DNA from: an uncultured virus (IMG/VR IMGVR_UViG_3300032070_000004)
Taxonomy: Duplodnaviria > Heunggongvirae > Uroviricota > Caudoviricetes
IMG/VR virus record: IMGVR_UViG_3300032070_000004
Direction: 5' to 3' (one strand)
Length of the DNA stretch: 64,000 bases
A program made the position numbers and the translations under genes. The notes under the pieces were generated by a model. It was not told the DNA's origin and searched no databases. It saw only the letters and a program-made list of their open reading frames with translations. Numbering within the stretch: the first letter of the stretch is position 1; every line of letters starts with the position of its first letter. This document shows, piece after piece, positions 61,863 to 64,000 of the stretch.

Positions 61863-61959
61863 GCGCTCGTGGCGCAGGGGTGGCGCAGTCTCCTTATATT
61901 CGGAATTACCCCCGAAGAGGACAAGGGAAAGGTCGGAGGTTCGATCCCTCCCGGGCGCA
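61863..61959 (+). tRNA. tRNA-Ile(TAT) with 25-nt BHB intron (61898-61922)
   Basis: GCGCTCG/CGGGCGC+A; central helix CCTT/GAGG flanked by 3-nt bulges ATA and ACA; spliced loop CTTATAA. Confidence 0.8.
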
Positions 61960-62003
61960 TATTTTGTAAAGATTATATACTTGGAAAACACATAGTTATA
62001 AGC

Positions 62004-62075
62004 GGACGTGTGGCGTAGAGGTGGCGCTGCGGGCTTTTAACCCGACGGGCAAGGGTTCGATCCCCTTCACGTCCA
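62004..62075 (+). tRNA. tRNA-Lys(TTT)
   Basis: GGACGTG/CACGTCC+A; loop CTTTTAA. Confidence 0.85.
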
Positions 62076-62076
62076 T

Positions 62077-62520
62077 ATGAATCATAAGAAATGCGGTGAA
62101 ATTGGAGAAGGAATTGCCATTGGGGAATTATCGAAAATTGAGGTCGATGTAGCTATCCCACTCAGCGATAACTACCCATACGATCTCATCTTAATCTATA
62201 AAAACAGATTTTATAGAGCACAGATCAAGAGTAGTAGTACTGTATCCCCAAGCAAAAGTGATTCCATTGCGTTTAGTTTAAGGAAGAATAACTGGTACAA
62301 CCGAACCATTAAAAAGTACACGTCCTTTGACATAGATATTATGCTTTTGTGCGACATTGGCAGAGGTGCGATCTATGCTCTTGGAAAAGAAGACTTTGAG
62401 AATCGAAGGGGATTTACCATACGATATGACAAACCACTAAATAATGTAAAGGGGTATCACTACGCACATGACTATGTTCTATCTACAAGCCGACTGGATA
62501 AGATTTTGATAGGTTTATAA
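62077..62520 (+). CDS. PD-(D/E)XK homing-type endonuclease (PDDEXK_5-like)
   Basis: GEIGE, P.SDN.PYDLI and AQIKS motifs; AT-rich; ATG begins 2 nt after the end of tRNA-Lys. Confidence 0.8.
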   Translation: MNHKKCGEIGEGIAIGELSKIEVDVAIPLSDNYPYDLILIYKNRFYRAQIKSSSTVSPSKSDSIAFSLRKNNWYNRTIKKYTSFDIDIMLLCDIGRGAIYALGKEDFENRRGFTIRYDKPLNNVKGYHYAHDYVLSTSRLDKILIGL

Positions 62521-62555
62521 GTGATGAAAACAACAGGTACACAGCGAGGTTTAAT

Positions 62556-63371
62556 ATGGACATGAATGAACATTTCAGACTCGGAAAAGAGTCAAGTATG
62601 TTGATCTGGTATCCCAAGGTCAAGGATATTTTAAATACCCCACGGACGGAACTCCTCCCGCTTACGGATAAGGAAATCCAGTCCATCCACCGGGGTGTCA
62701 ACATGGATGACACAACGAAACCTAAGAAGATGCCAGATGCACTTCTCAAAAAGATAAAGAAACACGCGGGTGTCATCGGGTATCCTCTCTTCTTGCGGTC
62801 AGATCAGGGATCGGGCAAGCATAATTGGGAAGACACCTGCTATGTAGAGAAGGAAGAGGATCTCATCGGGCATGTTCTCAACCTCCACGCATGGCATTTG
62901 GAAGCTGGCATTATGGGACTGGAATACAATGCCCTTGTCTTCCGCGAGTTCATTCCACTTCGATCGTGCTTCAAGGCGTTCAATGGTATGCCTGTGGCGC
63001 GCGAGAGACGGTACTTCGTTCGTGACGGGGAAGTAGTATGTCACCACCCCTACTGGGTTGAAGATGCAATCCATTCCTACACTGACCCGCTCCCCGCGGA
63101 CTGGAAGCGTGTGCTCGCGGGTCTCAACGCAGAGTCCGAACACGAGTTCAAGATACTCGCGCCGCTTGCGATTACGTTCAGCAATGCGGTTCCCGGGTAC
63201 TGGTCAGTTGACTTCGCGCAAGGAATGGATGGCAAGTGGTGGCTCATTGATGCCGCGCGGGGCGAAGTCTCGTGGCATCCCGACGATTGCCCGCAGAATC
63301 CGCACCCGAAGGAGCCGAAAAAGAAGGTTGATTTATCTGCATATCTCGTCGAGATTGACAAGGAGGAGTAA
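62556..63371 (+). CDS. ATP-grasp (R2K-like) protein
   Basis: PLFLRS...SGKH, VFREFI, ERRYFV..G, SVDFA and WWLID motifs. Confidence 0.7.
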   Translation: MDMNEHFRLGKESSMLIWYPKVKDILNTPRTELLPLTDKEIQSIHRGVNMDDTTKPKKMPDALLKKIKKHAGVIGYPLFLRSDQGSGKHNWEDTCYVEKEEDLIGHVLNLHAWHLEAGIMGLEYNALVFREFIPLRSCFKAFNGMPVARERRYFVRDGEVVCHHPYWVEDAIHSYTDPLPADWKRVLAGLNAESEHEFKILAPLAITFSNAVPGYWSVDFAQGMDGKWWLIDAARGEVSWHPDDCPQNPHPKEPKKKVDLSAYLVEIDKEE

Positions 63372-63374
63372 GTT

Positions 63375-63846
63375 ATGGAACGACAGTTTACAATCAAGAA
63401 GACACCGGAACTAATGGCAAAGCTTGCACCGTTCTGGAAAGAGGCAGCAGAAGCGGCTGATGCATACCGCATGAAGCTAAGCGATCTCATGCGGCGCGCC
63501 AAGCTCCGGTTCCCCAAGATGACTGCTGAGTATCTCTACCATAATGTGCGCGCGGTTGATGGAGAAATCCTGTTAGATATGTCGCGTGACGATATTGTGG
63601 CAGAATGCTGGGGATTTGGGTATAAACTCGCCTCTATGTTCTGCAACCGGTGTAAAGGGACGCAATACGCTATCATCGACACCCACATTGACCGGTATCT
63701 GAAAGACTGCGGATGTACCGCGAAAACGTACCCAGAGAAAGAGAAATTCTTCGTAGAAATCGCGCGAACGATGGGTAAAACCCCCGGATCAACTGGATTG
63801 GGAAATTTGGGATGCAAACCGGATTGGAAACAGAGAGAAAAAATGA
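63375..63846 (+). pseudogene. HhH-type DNA glycosylase (Ogg-like) with a +1 frameshift at C5 63781-63785
   Basis: GFGYKLASMF, AIIDTHI.R.L and Y...E..F; LDWEIW lies in the shifted frame. Confidence 0.65.
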
Positions 63847-64000
63847 CACTTGATCACGATATTGTCAGATCAGTTATTAAAGTATTCCCAACGATACCCG
63901 CAAAGGAATACACGTCCCTTCCCGAGCTGAGCAGGGACATAGAAACACTGCGAGAATGCCACGCGTTCTTCCAAAAGATGGCAAATGGAGACCCGAAGCT

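Noticed and set aside
61863..61959. Possible TTA ochre-suppressor reading
   Set aside because: That register gives two stem mismatches, C33 and a 6-nt variable loop; the TAT register is canonical.
1..64000. Borg-type element assignment
   Set aside because: No pervasive perfect tandem repeats or strict two-replichore gene orientation are seen in this window.

Overview
This 64 kb window reads as part of a large archaeal virus or extrachromosomal element. The host is probably a methanogen, tentatively Methanomicrobiales, judged from pilin-like, PKD and vWA domains, archaeal TATA-type promoters with nearly leaderless starts, and a tRNA intron with a bulge-helix-bulge (BHB) motif. No capsid, terminase or replicative polymerase was recognised. 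Recognisable content includes 14 apparently complete tRNA genes plus one pseudo-tRNA, about 7 intact or decayed homing-type endonucleases, a tyrosine recombinase, Ku plus an ATP-dependent DNA ligase, a DRB0094-type RNA ligase, RNase HI, two methyltransferases, a phosphatase, two giant (~1460 aa) proteins, surface proteins and many small ORFans. The most notable unexplained signals are four. (1) About 20 dispersed copies of a CCCCG-N4-GCGAGTCTC motif switch strand polarity at a structured non-coding region near 45-47 kb. (2) Four or five otherwise unrelated proteins share a ~15-aa N-terminal leader, (K/R)xF(I/L)(I/L/V)DxxGEEE. (3) An intron-containing tRNA-Ile(UAU) is present. (4) A methyltransferase has its 3' half duplicated around an endonuclease remnant. 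All family calls come from reading motifs by eye; no database searches were run.
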